Below, in pieces: positions 52,673 to 62,119 of a DNA stretch of 64,000 nucleotides. This DNA comes from Bacteroidales bacterium (GTDB lineage Bacteria; Bacteroidota; Bacteroidia; Bacteroidales; F082). Where the stretch lies: contig JAFTUF010000041.1 of assembly GCA_017466405.1 (NCBI GenBank), positions 10,119 to 74,118 of the forward strand, read 5' to 3'. The position numbers and the translations under genes were made by a program. Within the stretch, counting starts at the first letter, position 1, and every line of letters begins with the position of its first letter. The notes below the pieces were generated by a model, which was given only the letters and a program-made list of their open reading frames with translations, ran no database searches and was not told where the DNA came from.

Positions 52673-53548
52673 TCAAAACTTCACAGCTATTCCAAGTCCG
52701 TAATTTGTAGTTATAGGTTGTATTTCAACGTTTGTGACATTACCTATTTTCTCATTGAATTTAACGACGCCTCTACCTATGAAATATCCTAATGCTGCGC
52801 CCACTATCACGTCGGAAGCCCAGTGTTCCTTGCTAATCACACGTCCGACAGAAGTCGCTGTCGCTAATGAATATGAGACTATCCCGACCCAAGTCTTATC
52901 AGGATAGAAACCTGCCACCGTCGATGCCAAGGCAAAGGCTCGCATCGAATGACCAGAAGCAAACGACGTACTTTCAAAAGTCGCGAAAGGACCTAACCAT
53001 TGTTGGGAGTTGGGGACGGGATTTGGGGACGGGGTGTCGAATGGGGAGTTGGGGACGGGAGTTGGGCGCATGCGGCAGGTCAAGACTTTGATTCCAGCGG
53101 AAGCGACTTCGGCATAGATAAAACTCTGCAATGCCGCCAACGACACATTCCTCAACCTACAATCTTTATTTATTGCGCTGATGGCGTAAGTCAATGCTAT
53201 TGACGGAACTATGAATAGTTCTTCTCCAAAAACATCAGAATATTGAGAAATCGTATTCGATTGAGAATCTGTGAATGTTTTGTTGACATAATTGTAAATT
53301 TCATCATCGTAAATAAAAGATAAAGTCGCTGCAGCAGCTACTCCTCCGAAGACAGTCCAATCTTTCCAGTCGTAATGCAAAGGCTGAGCGAGAACCGTCA
53401 ATCCTGAATTCCAATATGATTTAAGATACGACTTGCTCAATAAGGTTTCACACTTTGAGTTTGACTCTGACTTTGTACTTTGTGCCAAAGACAGCTGACC
53501 ACCGACAACCGTCAACAGAAATAATATGAGGAAAAACCTTTTCATCAA
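52673..53548 (-). CDS. PAP2-family phosphatase, secreted/membrane, carrying an in-frame G-rich repeat insertion
   Basis: PAP2 motifs KVLTCRMRP, SFASGHS and GRVISKEHWASDV. The segment TPVPNSPFDTPSPNPVPNS between motifs 1 and 2 is encoded by the repeat at 53003-53066. Confidence 0.85.
   Translation of the reverse strand: MMKRFFLILFLLTVVGGQLSLAQSTKSESNSKCETLLSKSYLKSYWNSGLTVLAQPLHYDWKDWTVFGGVAAAATLSFIYDDEIYNYVNKTFTDSQSNTISQYSDVFGEELFIVPSIALTYAISAINKDCRLRNVSLAALQSFIYAEVASAGIKVLTCRMRPTPVPNSPFDTPSPNPVPNSQQWLGPFATFESTSFASGHSMRAFALASTVAGFYPDKTWVGIVSYSLATATSVGRVISKEHWASDVIVGAALGYFIGRGVVKFNEKIGNVTNVEIQPITTNYGLGIAVKF
53003..53066 (+). repeat. G-rich dispersed repeat copy inside the PAP2 gene
   Basis: gttgggagttggggacgggatttggggacggggtgtcgaatggggagttggggacgggagttggg. 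Confidence 0.9.
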
Positions 53549-53579
53549 TTCATAATTCTTAATTCATAATTCATAATTG
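53549..53579. repeat. heptamer array (TTCATAA)n
   Basis: ttcataattcttaattcataattcataattg. Confidence 0.75.
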
Positions 53580-53581
53580 AT

Positions 53582-53642
53582 GAGACGCAGCAATTACGTT
53601 ACGTATTGTTAAATTTCATCGGTGTAATTGATACGTCTCTAC
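53582..53642 (-). repeat. REP-like hairpin element GAGACG...CGTCTCTAC
   Basis: gagacgcagcaattac ... gtaattgatacgtctctac. Confidence 0.85.
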
Positions 53643-53673
53643 TGGAGGACACATTCAATGTGTCCGTACATTG

Positions 53674-54456
53674 TTAATTCTTTTTCGCCATATCCCAAAG
53701 CTCATTCATCTCATCCAAGCTCATGTCAACGAGCGATTTTCCCATCTCGCGAGCCTTCTCCTCGACGAAGTTAAAACGGCTTCTGAATTTCTTGTTAGCG
53801 ATTTCGAGAGCGTCCATCGGATTGACTTTTATGAAACGAGAGTAATTGACAAGAGTAAACATAAGGTCTCCAAATTCTTCCGTTACTCGTTCCTTGCTTC
53901 CCGTTCCAGCTCCCATATTATCAACTTCTTCTTTCAACTCACCTATCTCCTCCTCGACCTTTTCCCAAACCTGTTCCTTATTTTCCCAGTCGAATCCTAC
54001 GCCAGATGCTTTCTCTTGCATGCGATAAGCCTTCACCAAGTCAGGCAGGGCGTTAGGAACTCCTCCGAGAACGCTTCTGTTATGTTCTTTCGTAAGTTTT
54101 ATCTTCTCCCAATTGTCGGCAACTTCTTCTGCGTTTTTCACCGAAGTGTCGCCAAAAACATGAGGATGACGAATTATCAATTTTTCGCAAATTCCATTTA
54201 TAACATCGTCGATGGTGAAGAGATTTCTGTCTTCCGCGATACGGGAATAAAAAACGATATGCATTATAATATCACCAAGTTCTTTCTTAACATCTTGATA
54301 ATCTTCATCGACAATCGCCTGACTCAACTCAAACACTTCTTCAATAGTAAGATGGCGCAGACTCTCGATAGTCTGTTTTCTATCCCAAGGACACTCCACG
54401 CGAAGTCGGTCCATAATATCCAATAATCTTTGGAAAGCTTCTAAACTTTTGTTCAT
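53674..54456 (-). CDS. mazG: nucleoside triphosphate pyrophosphohydrolase
   Basis: 260 aa with two MazG repeats: EEVFELSQAI...ELGDIIMHIVF and EEIGELKEEV...EFGDLMFTLVN. Confidence 0.92.
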   Translation of the reverse strand: MNKSLEAFQRLLDIMDRLRVECPWDRKQTIESLRHLTIEEVFELSQAIVDEDYQDVKKELGDIIMHIVFYSRIAEDRNLFTIDDVINGICEKLIIRHPHVFGDTSVKNAEEVADNWEKIKLTKEHNRSVLGGVPNALPDLVKAYRMQEKASGVGFDWENKEQVWEKVEEEIGELKEEVDNMGAGTGSKERVTEEFGDLMFTLVNYSRFIKVNPMDALEIANKKFRSRFNFVEEKAREMGKSLVDMSLDEMNELWDMAKKN

Positions 54457-54716
54457 GTAATTTTATTTTTATGCAAAGATAGTTATTTTTGGCTATCAGA
54501 CGTCAGCAATTAGTTTCTAAATAATTATAAACAGTATTCAACTATATCAACGAGTTATGATAATGTAAATAATTATCTAAAAAAACTTGTAAATTAGAAA
54601 TAAAAACACCAAATTTGCAGGATAATTGCAGTTCTATCGTCAACGACACTAAACCATAGAGCTCTCTTATAGTTACAAAAATTATTAGCATAAAAAAACT
54701 TTAAAAATTAATCCGT

Positions 54717-55157
54717 ATGAAAAAATCAATTACAAAATTGTGTACCGTTTTATTGATGTTCTCAGCAATAATCTTAAGTAGCTGTAATCCAAGAGACAAA
54801 GAATTAGAATGGCACGTAATAGTCACAAACGACACTAATGAAGAACTTTACGTCGAGCCGGAAAGCGACGACACAGGCTTTGCTGTAACTATTTATCCAA
54901 CATATTCCTACTCAATGATTAACCAAAGAATTTATAGAGAAAGAAATCAAGACACACCAAGCGAAGAAAGCATCGTTCACCTATTGGAACTATGGAACAT
55001 TTATCGTTTGGTTGATGGTGAAAAACAATATTTGCCAAGAAACTATTACAATTCTTCCTCCGACTTTGAAATGTCAATCACAGAGGAAAGATTTTGGGAC
55101 AACGTTAATCTGATAGATTATAGATTGAACGTAACAGAAGAAATGTTTGAAGAATAA
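54717..55157 (+). CDS. small lipoprotein, unknown function
   Basis: 146 aa with lipobox ILSSC. Confidence 0.6.
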   Translation: MKKSITKLCTVLLMFSAIILSSCNPRDKELEWHVIVTNDTNEELYVEPESDDTGFAVTIYPTYSYSMINQRIYRERNQDTPSEESIVHLLELWNIYRLVDGEKQYLPRNYYNSSSDFEMSITEERFWDNVNLIDYRLNVTEEMFEE

Positions 55158-55201
55158 CATCATAACATCTAATCTGCAAACGACTATTTCTTAAACACAA
55201 T

Positions 55202-56362
55202 ATGAAAAGACACAATTATTTTTTGGTAATTTTGTGCTTCCTCCTTATTAATATACTTACAATTTCGGAAGCAGCTGCCGGCAACAAAAAAGAAGGCGGC
55301 AACAGCACATTCTCCATCGATTCTTTGATGAAAAACGTAGAAGTCGATTTCAGACTCAATTATGGTTTTTATATGCACCATCATTACGAGATGGAAGGCT
55401 ACAGAGCTCACTTCCCGATGTTTGAGCTTTCGTTGCAGAAACAGACCTACGGAAAATCATATTGGCAGTCGTGTTTCAATTATCCTGCTGTCGGCGTGAC
55501 ATTTTTCGCTTCCGGCATGGGTAATATTGATGTCTTAGGAAAAGCTTTCGCGCTTTATCCGTACATCTACTTCCCTTTCATCAAGAGCAAGACGACGAAC
55601 TTCGGAATACGTTTCGGTCTGGGCTTAGGCTATCTCACCGAACATTACAACCACATCGAGAACCCATATAATATATGTATAGGCTCCTCGCTCAACGCCG
55701 CTGCCAGCATAACGTTCGACATCTCACATCATTTCTCCGACAGATTCAAGATGTCTATCTTCGGCGGACTTCAGCACTTCTCCAACGGCTGCACCTCGGA
55801 ACCTAACAAAGGTACCAATGTGATAAAAGGCGGTATCAGCGCTGCTTACATGATTAACGAGCCTGTACCTTATATAAATCCTGCTCAACTTAAGGAAAAA
55901 ACCACTCTCGAATATCTCAAAGAGTTCAGACCTGAATTATACGTCGGATTGTCGTACGGTTACAAGAGAATCGACTATCTTCAAAAGGACTACACTTCCG
56001 TGTATGACCTCGAGATATACGTCATGGAACAAATTGCACGACTCTTCAAGTTAGGTGTCGGCTTCGACTTGGTGTACGACAGCAACGACATTCTCCGCAA
56101 CATCAGAAACGGCGTTGAATGGACCACTACTCAGATAATGAATCCTGGAGTTCATGTTGCGGGAGAGCTGCTTATGGGAAAGACATCGTTTATGTTCGTG
56201 GTAGGAAAACATCTCGGAGAATATATGCACACCAAAGAAAACTATCAACGACTTGGACTTAAGATAGAGTTCCTCAACCATTTCTACGGAAAAGTAACTC
56301 TCAACGTACATCAATGGCATATAGCAGATTATCTCGGTTTCGGCTTAGGTTTCAAATTATAA
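55202..56362 (+). CDS. acyloxyacyl hydrolase / PagL-like lipid A deacylase, copy 1
   Basis: 386 aa with a signal peptide and QHFSNG (His-x-Ser-Asn catalytic motif of PagL-like beta-barrels). Confidence 0.7.
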   Translation: MKRHNYFLVILCFLLINILTISEAAAGNKKEGGNSTFSIDSLMKNVEVDFRLNYGFYMHHHYEMEGYRAHFPMFELSLQKQTYGKSYWQSCFNYPAVGVTFFASGMGNIDVLGKAFALYPYIYFPFIKSKTTNFGIRFGLGLGYLTEHYNHIENPYNICIGSSLNAAASITFDISHHFSDRFKMSIFGGLQHFSNGCTSEPNKGTNVIKGGISAAYMINEPVPYINPAQLKEKTTLEYLKEFRPELYVGLSYGYKRIDYLQKDYTSVYDLEIYVMEQIARLFKLGVGFDLVYDSNDILRNIRNGVEWTTTQIMNPGVHVAGELLMGKTSFMFVVGKHLGEYMHTKENYQRLGLKIEFLNHFYGKVTLNVHQWHIADYLGFGLGFKL

Positions 56363-56379
56363 TATTTAAGAAAAGTATC

Positions 56380-57165
56380 ATGAAAAAGCATATATTAAAA
56401 AAACTTTCAATTTTCAGTTTCCAACTTTCAATTCTAGCATTATTGCTGTCATCATGCGAGCCTGCCCCTTGGACAAACGGCAAAGCTGTAACGGAGACGC
56501 GTTGGTTCGATGAGCCAATCAGCGCGATACATGTTTATCACGACATTGATGTCACTTTGATTGAAGCCGATACATTCAGAATCGAAATCACGACGGGCGA
56601 AAACCTTATGGAGAAAATCACAAGTAATGTAGAAGACGGCATTTTATATTTAAAGAACGAAAACATTCGCAACTGGATTAGAAGCTACGATTATCCTTTG
56701 GATGTAAAAGTCTATCACAACGGCATCACACGTATCAATTATGAGTCGTGGGGTGATTTGGTATCTGAGGGTTATATCAGTCAAGACACTATCGATCATT
56801 TTGATTTAGATGTAAAACACGGTTCTGGTCATATCGGCATCCACCTCAACTGCAAAACCTTAAACATAATATCACGCGACGGAACTGCCAAGATTGTCGT
56901 TAGCGGATCTTCAGACTATACCGACATCTACCACAATGCAAGAAACGACATTCAAACAATAGGATTAGAATCCAAAGACGCATCTGCTAAAGTATATTAC
57001 GAAGGCTCTATCATTGTTAATTGCACAAACAAATTAGACGCTTTGATTGACAACTTCGGCAGCATCTACTACAACAGCAATGTAAGAGAACTTAACGACA
57101 GCATAACTTATAGCCCTGTTCCTAATTCAAGAGGTGTTATTGAACCTTACGATTTCTTCAATTGA
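56380..57165 (+). CDS. GIN-domain (DUF2807-like) lipoprotein, copy 1
   Basis: The ATG at 56380 gives MKKHILKKLSIFSFQLSILALLLSSC (lipobox), then IHVYHDIDVTLIEADTFRIEITTGENLMEKITSNVEDGILYLKNEN. Confidence 0.6.
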   Translation: MKKHILKKLSIFSFQLSILALLLSSCEPAPWTNGKAVTETRWFDEPISAIHVYHDIDVTLIEADTFRIEITTGENLMEKITSNVEDGILYLKNENIRNWIRSYDYPLDVKVYHNGITRINYESWGDLVSEGYISQDTIDHFDLDVKHGSGHIGIHLNCKTLNIISRDGTAKIVVSGSSDYTDIYHNARNDIQTIGLESKDASAKVYYEGSIIVNCTNKLDALIDNFGSIYYNSNVRELNDSITYSPVPNSRGVIEPYDFFN

Positions 57166-57248
57166 TACATTATAATTTATAGATAAATTTACAAATAGTT
57201 CGGTGATTTTTGCCAACTTTTTAATAAAAGAATTGTTAGTTTTGTATT

Positions 57249-58388
57249 ATGAAAAACTACGTAATACACATACTAACATTCTTTTTTTTGATTGTTTTCT
57301 CACAGAACGATGTCGTTGCAGAAACAAAAAAAGACAAATCCTTCTCCATCGACTCTTTGATGAGAAACACCGAAATCGACTTTAGAACCAGCTATGGTTT
57401 TTACGCTCATCATCATTTCGAGATGAGTTCCTACTCGGCCCATTTTCCGATGTTCGAACTTTCATTACAGCAACAGACTTACGGGAAATCATCTTGGCAA
57501 TCATACTTCAACTATCCAATCATAGGTTTTACAGCTTTCTACTCCGACTTAGGAAATATTGACATAATGGGAAAAGCCTACGCCATCTATCCTTTCATCA
57601 ATTTTCCTTTCAACAAAAGTAAAGTCAACACCTTCGGACTCAGATTCGGTGTAGGTCTCGGATATATCACAGAGAAATTCGACCACGTCAGAAATTACCA
57701 TAATATCTCTATAGGTAGCAATTTCAACGCAGCCATAAACCTGACACTCGAATACAAACGCCTTATCTCTGAAAGATTCAGAATCTCAGTCTTCGCAGGA
57801 CTGACACATTTCTCCAACGGATGTTCCAACTATCCTAACAACGGAATCAACATCATCAATGCCGGAGCCGGCCTGACTTATCTCATAAACGAGCCTCAGA
57901 AATTCATCCCAAAGAAAATCAATACTGAAGATTATCTAAGAACAGTAGATCTCGATTATTATCTCGGAATGTCGTTCGGCATCAAAAGAATTGAATATGC
58001 TCAGAAAGAAAACATCGGTGTCTATCATCTTGACTTCTACATCATGGACAGAATCAGTAATTTGAGCAAGGTTGGAATTGGCTTAGATTTGGTTTATGAC
58101 GCTACCGACAATATTTCAATAATAGACGATTACGACAATCAGAAGTTTACATTTATGGAAATGCTGAAACCTGGCATCAGCTTAACCTACGAACTTATGA
58201 TGAGCGACGTCTCATTCCTTTTCAACTTCGGCTATCATCCTTACGGGCTCGACATGAGCTATGGACGCTGGTATCAGAAGATTGGAATGAAAGTCAATGT
58301 CGGAGAATACATCTACGGAAAAATCACACTTAACACACATTTCGGCGTCGCCGATTTCATTGGTTTCGGAATAGGAGTAAGATTATGA
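57249..58388 (+). CDS. acyloxyacyl hydrolase / PagL-like lipid A deacylase, copy 2
   Basis: 379 aa, collinear with 55202-56362 (FSIDSLM.N.E.DFR..YGFY.HHH.EM..Y.AHFPMFELSLQ.QTYGKS.WQS.FNYP; THFSNG). Confidence 0.7.
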   Translation: MKNYVIHILTFFFLIVFSQNDVVAETKKDKSFSIDSLMRNTEIDFRTSYGFYAHHHFEMSSYSAHFPMFELSLQQQTYGKSSWQSYFNYPIIGFTAFYSDLGNIDIMGKAYAIYPFINFPFNKSKVNTFGLRFGVGLGYITEKFDHVRNYHNISIGSNFNAAINLTLEYKRLISERFRISVFAGLTHFSNGCSNYPNNGINIINAGAGLTYLINEPQKFIPKKINTEDYLRTVDLDYYLGMSFGIKRIEYAQKENIGVYHLDFYIMDRISNLSKVGIGLDLVYDATDNISIIDDYDNQKFTFMEMLKPGISLTYELMMSDVSFLFNFGYHPYGLDMSYGRWYQKIGMKVNVGEYIYGKITLNTHFGVADFIGFGIGVRL

Positions 58389-59137
58389 AAAGATTTATTA
58401 TAATAGCGCTCATATTAATATCATGTGTTTCTTGCAAGAAAGCACCTCTGACAAACGGAGATATAGTGTCGAGAACTACAGAGCTATCCTCATTCAATAC
58501 CATTAATATATATGACAATATTGACGTGAATCTAATCAAGTCCGATACCTTCAAAATAGAAATCACTACGGGCGATAATTTGATAGAAAACATCGTCTGC
58601 GAAGTTGCCGACAGCATTTTGACTTTAAGAAACGAAAACATTATGAATTGGATAAGAAGCTACGACTATCCTTTAAGTGCCAACATTTATTTCAAAGACG
58701 ATATAAAGAAGATTTATTACGAATCGGTAGGACATTTAAAATCTGACGACTATATCTGTGACGACACGCTTTCAAATTTGACACTGACTTTGATGCAAGG
58801 CTCTGGCGACATTAACCTAAGATTCAACTGCCGTTCATTCAGTCTGTTCTCCAACGACAAATGTACAAATAAGATAAATCTGGAAGGAAAATCTTCTTAT
58901 GGCACCATAAATCAGAGAGGATTAGGACCGATATATGCTGAAGAAATGTCATGCAGGAATTTATCAGTTCATTCCACCGATGTCAACGATATATACGTGA
59001 ATTGTCGGGACAATCTCAGCGTTCAGATTTATCATAGCGGCAACGTATATTACAAAGGGCATCCGGAGATAAACTTGTATATTGCTCCGAATGCCCGAGG
59101 TAAACTTGTTTCAATTGACTCTGACTTTGACAATTGA
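58385..59137 (+). CDS. GIN-domain (DUF2807-like) lipoprotein, copy 2
   Basis: 250 aa with lipobox LISCVSC. INIYDNIDVNLIKSDTFKIEITTGDNLIENIVCEVADSILTLRNEN parallels copy 1. ATGA overlap with the upstream gene. Confidence 0.6.
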   Translation: MKRFIIIALILISCVSCKKAPLTNGDIVSRTTELSSFNTINIYDNIDVNLIKSDTFKIEITTGDNLIENIVCEVADSILTLRNENIMNWIRSYDYPLSANIYFKDDIKKIYYESVGHLKSDDYICDDTLSNLTLTLMQGSGDINLRFNCRSFSLFSNDKCTNKINLEGKSSYGTINQRGLGPIYAEEMSCRNLSVHSTDVNDIYVNCRDNLSVQIYHSGNVYYKGHPEINLYIAPNARGKLVSIDSDFDN

Positions 59138-59181
59138 CTCTGACAACGACTAAATAATTGTCAATTATTAACTTCTATTGA

Positions 59182-59237
59182 GAAGACGTGGCAATTACAT
59201 ATTGTTTGTTTCTAAGGTGTAATTGAAACGTCTCTAC
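59182..59237 (-). repeat. REP-like hairpin element GAAGACG...CGTCTCTAC
   Basis: gaagacgtggcaattaca ... gtgtaattgaaacgtctctac, followed by the heptamer array ttttcaactttcaattttcaactttcaattta (59240-59272). Confidence 0.85.
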
Positions 59238-59272
59238 AGATTTTCAACTTTCAATTTTCAACTTTCAATTTA

Positions 59273-60745
59273 TCAATACGCTCTTGCGAATATCACGCGA
59301 CGTTTTGAAGGTTGACCTGAATAGATGCATTTTCCATCTTCGAAGTCGTCGTCCAAAGGAATGCAGCGTATTGTAGCTTTTGTTTCTTCCTTAATCTTTT
59401 GTTCTGTCTCTGGAGTGCCGTCCCAGTGAGCATATACGAACATACTATTCTCGATTTGTTCTTTGAACTCTTCCCAAGTATCAGCTTTGACAGTTCTTGA
59501 CTGACGGAAGTCGAGAGCTTTTTGGTAGATGTTATTTTGAATCTCGTCGAGGAGGTTTGTGATATAATCTTCGATATTATCTATTGTGATAGTATTCTTC
59601 TCGAGAGTATCGCGGCGAGCTATTTCCACCGAGTTATTTTCCACGTCGCGAGGACCTGCTGCTATACGTACCGGCACGCCTTTGAGTTCCCATTCAGCGA
59701 ATTTGAATCCAGGCTTTTGAGTATCGCGGTCGTCGAACTTCACGCGCATTCTTCTGTTTTCGAGGCGTTTCTTAAGTTCGTTGCAGTAGTTAGCCACTGT
59801 TTCTCTTTGTTCGTCTGTTTTATAGATAGGGACGATAACCACTTCTATAGGAGCGATTTTTGGAGGAAGCACGAGGCCGTTGTCGTCGGAGTGAGCCATA
59901 ATGAGAGCACCCATCAAACGAGTTGAGACGCCCCATGAGGTAGCCCATACATATTCCAATTTATTTTCCTTGTTCAAGAATTTCACGTCGAAAGCCTTAG
60001 CGAAGTTCTGAGCCAAGAAGTGAGAGGTACCAGCTTGCAGAGCCTTACCATCTTGCATCATAGCCTCGATACAGAATGTCTCTTCAGCGCCGGCGAAGCG
60101 TTCGTTAGCAGATTTGATACCGCGGATGACAGGGAGAGCCATATATTTCTCAGCGAACTCTGAATAAACATCAAGCATCTTTCTTGCTTCAGCCATAGCC
60201 TCTTCTTTTGTAGCGTGAGCTGTGTGACCTTCTTGCCAGAGGAACTCAGCGGTACGGAGGAACAAACGAGTACGCATTTCCCAACGCACCACGTTAGCCC
60301 ATTGATTAACCAATATAGGGAGGTCTCTGTAACTCTTAATCCAGTTGCGATATGTATCCCAAATGATTGTTTCTGAAGTAGGACGTACTATAAGTTCTTC
60401 TTCGAGTTTTGCTTCAGGGTCAACGACGACTCCCGAGCCGTTGGGATTATTCTTAAGACGGTAGTGAGTCACAACAGCGCATTCTTTAGCGAAGCCTTCA
60501 ACGTGGCTTGCTTCTTTGCTGAAGAAACTCTTTGGAATGAACAAGGGGAAATAAGCGTTGACGTGACCTGTGTCTTTAAACATTTTGTCGAGAGCGTCGT
60601 GCATGAACTCCCAAATTGCATATCCGTAAGGTTTGATAACCATACAACCTCTAACAGCAGAATTTTCTGCCAAGTCAGCTTTAGTTACAAGATCATTATA
60701 CCACTGGGAATAATTTTCTTGACGAGATGTTAATTCTTTTGCCAT
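59273..60745 (-). CDS. proS: proline--tRNA ligase (archaeal/eukaryotic-like type)
   Basis: Start at ATG 60745 ([19 protein letters not shown]). Class II motifs FRCE-like [27 protein letters not shown] and a C-terminal Y. Confidence 0.93.
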   Translation of the reverse strand: MAKELTSRQENYSQWYNDLVTKADLAENSAVRGCMVIKPYGYAIWEFMHDALDKMFKDTGHVNAYFPLFIPKSFFSKEASHVEGFAKECAVVTHYRLKNNPNGSGVVVDPEAKLEEELIVRPTSETIIWDTYRNWIKSYRDLPILVNQWANVVRWEMRTRLFLRTAEFLWQEGHTAHATKEEAMAEARKMLDVYSEFAEKYMALPVIRGIKSANERFAGAEETFCIEAMMQDGKALQAGTSHFLAQNFAKAFDVKFLNKENKLEYVWATSWGVSTRLMGALIMAHSDDNGLVLPPKIAPIEVVIVPIYKTDEQRETVANYCNELKKRLENRRMRVKFDDRDTQKPGFKFAEWELKGVPVRIAAGPRDVENNSVEIARRDTLEKNTITIDNIEDYITNLLDEIQNNIYQKALDFRQSRTVKADTWEEFKEQIENSMFVYAHWDGTPETEQKIKEETKATIRCIPLDDDFEDGKCIYSGQPSKRRVIFARAY

Positions 60746-60832
60746 CGTTATTTTGGTATAGTATTTGTATATTTTTACGCATGCAAAAATAAAAAAAAAT
60801 TGCATGTATTCATAACTTTAAATAGTATAAAA

Positions 60833-62101
60833 ATGAACCGATTTAAATTTTTTATCATTGCTGCGATTGCGCTGCTAACATCTTGCTCAACAAGCAACAA
60901 CGTTATTAAAGACGATGCATACTATTCTCCTTTCGACAAAGAAAGCCAATCAAACAAAGAGTTAGTTGTATCAAACAATGGAACCTTCAACACCGCAATG
61001 ATAAGCAGCAACTCACAATACGACTACCAATCGTATTACAGTGAAGACGCGACACAAGAATCAAAAGCTGAACCTCTATACGAAAAGACAGAAACCGTCA
61101 CCGACACCAACGGCGTCGTTTACACAAGCACAGAGATTTATTATGACGAGAACTATCTCGGAAAGAACTCCGGAGGATATCCAGAAGATAACTACGACTA
61201 TTATTACGACGATGATGAAGAAAGCGGCTACTACGACGGAGGTAACACCAGCATTTACTTCGGCATAGGATTCCCTTACGGTGTTTATGCAGGCTTCGGC
61301 TATGGATACCCTTACTATTATTCATCGTATTATAATTGGTATTATGACTGGTGGTGGACTCCTTATTACTATAGTCCGTTCTATTATCCATACTATTATT
61401 ATCCTTATTATCCAATTTATCCTTCGTATCCTCCTTATAACCCAGGAGGTCATCATCCTCATCCAGGAGGTGGCGGTTTAAATCCAAATGGACCAAGACC
61501 TGGCGGAGGCGGATTACACGTAGCTAACAACAGCAACCGCCCATCGTCGGCAGGACTGAATGTCACAAGCAATAGAAACGGAAATGTCACTCCATCAGCA
61601 GCGTCAAGACCTACAAGTGCTGCAAGAGCCGAGAACAGACCTACAAGTTCATCAAGACCTTCAAGCAGTTCTATCAGCACAACAACACCTCGCATGACAG
61701 CTAACGAAAGAGTATCCAATGCTCAAAACAGATATAACAGACCTTCAAGTACAAGCAGCAGCAGTTCCGTAAGACCATCGTCATCATCAGACCGTAAGAC
61801 TTATACTCCTGCTAACAGCAACAGACAGGTTCGTTCAAGTTCAGAATATGTAAGACCTAATTCAAGTTCTTCATCAGAAAGAAACAACAATTCAATCAAT
61901 GTAAGAAGCAACAACACCAACAACAGAAGCTCATCCAACATCAACAGATCGAGCAGCAACAGCAGCCAAAGAAGCAGTTCGAGCATCAGCCGACCAAGCA
62001 GCGGCTCAACAAGAAGCAGCGGAAGCTTTAACAGCGGAGGCTCAAGAGGTGGCAGCATCGGCGGTGGCGGCGGTGCAAGAGTTGGTGGCGCAAGAAGATA
62101 A
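60833..62101 (+). CDS. lipoprotein with Tyr/Trp/Pro-rich core and Ser/Arg/Asn-rich low-complexity tail
   Basis: The ATG at 60833 gives MNRFKFFIIAAIALLTSC (lipobox). Core GFGYGYPYYYSSYYNWYYDWWWTPYYYSPFYYPYYYYPYYPIYPSYPPYNPGGHHPHPGGGG, then about 200 aa of S/R/N/P repeats ending GGGGARVGGARR. Confidence 0.6.
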   Translation: MNRFKFFIIAAIALLTSCSTSNNVIKDDAYYSPFDKESQSNKELVVSNNGTFNTAMISSNSQYDYQSYYSEDATQESKAEPLYEKTETVTDTNGVVYTSTEIYYDENYLGKNSGGYPEDNYDYYYDDDEESGYYDGGNTSIYFGIGFPYGVYAGFGYGYPYYYSSYYNWYYDWWWTPYYYSPFYYPYYYYPYYPIYPSYPPYNPGGHHPHPGGGGLNPNGPRPGGGGLHVANNSNRPSSAGLNVTSNRNGNVTPSAASRPTSAARAENRPTSSSRPSSSSISTTTPRMTANERVSNAQNRYNRPSSTSSSSSVRPSSSSDRKTYTPANSNRQVRSSSEYVRPNSSSSSERNNNSINVRSNNTNNRSSSNINRSSSNSSQRSSSSISRPSSGSTRSSGSFNSGGSRGGSIGGGGGARVGGARR

Positions 62102-62119
62102 AGACAAAAACCAACAATT

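Noticed and set aside
53671-54426. 251-aa plus-strand ORF
   Set aside because: It is entirely antisense to mazG, which has clear MazG repeat motifs. The plus-strand translation is low-complexity with no motif.
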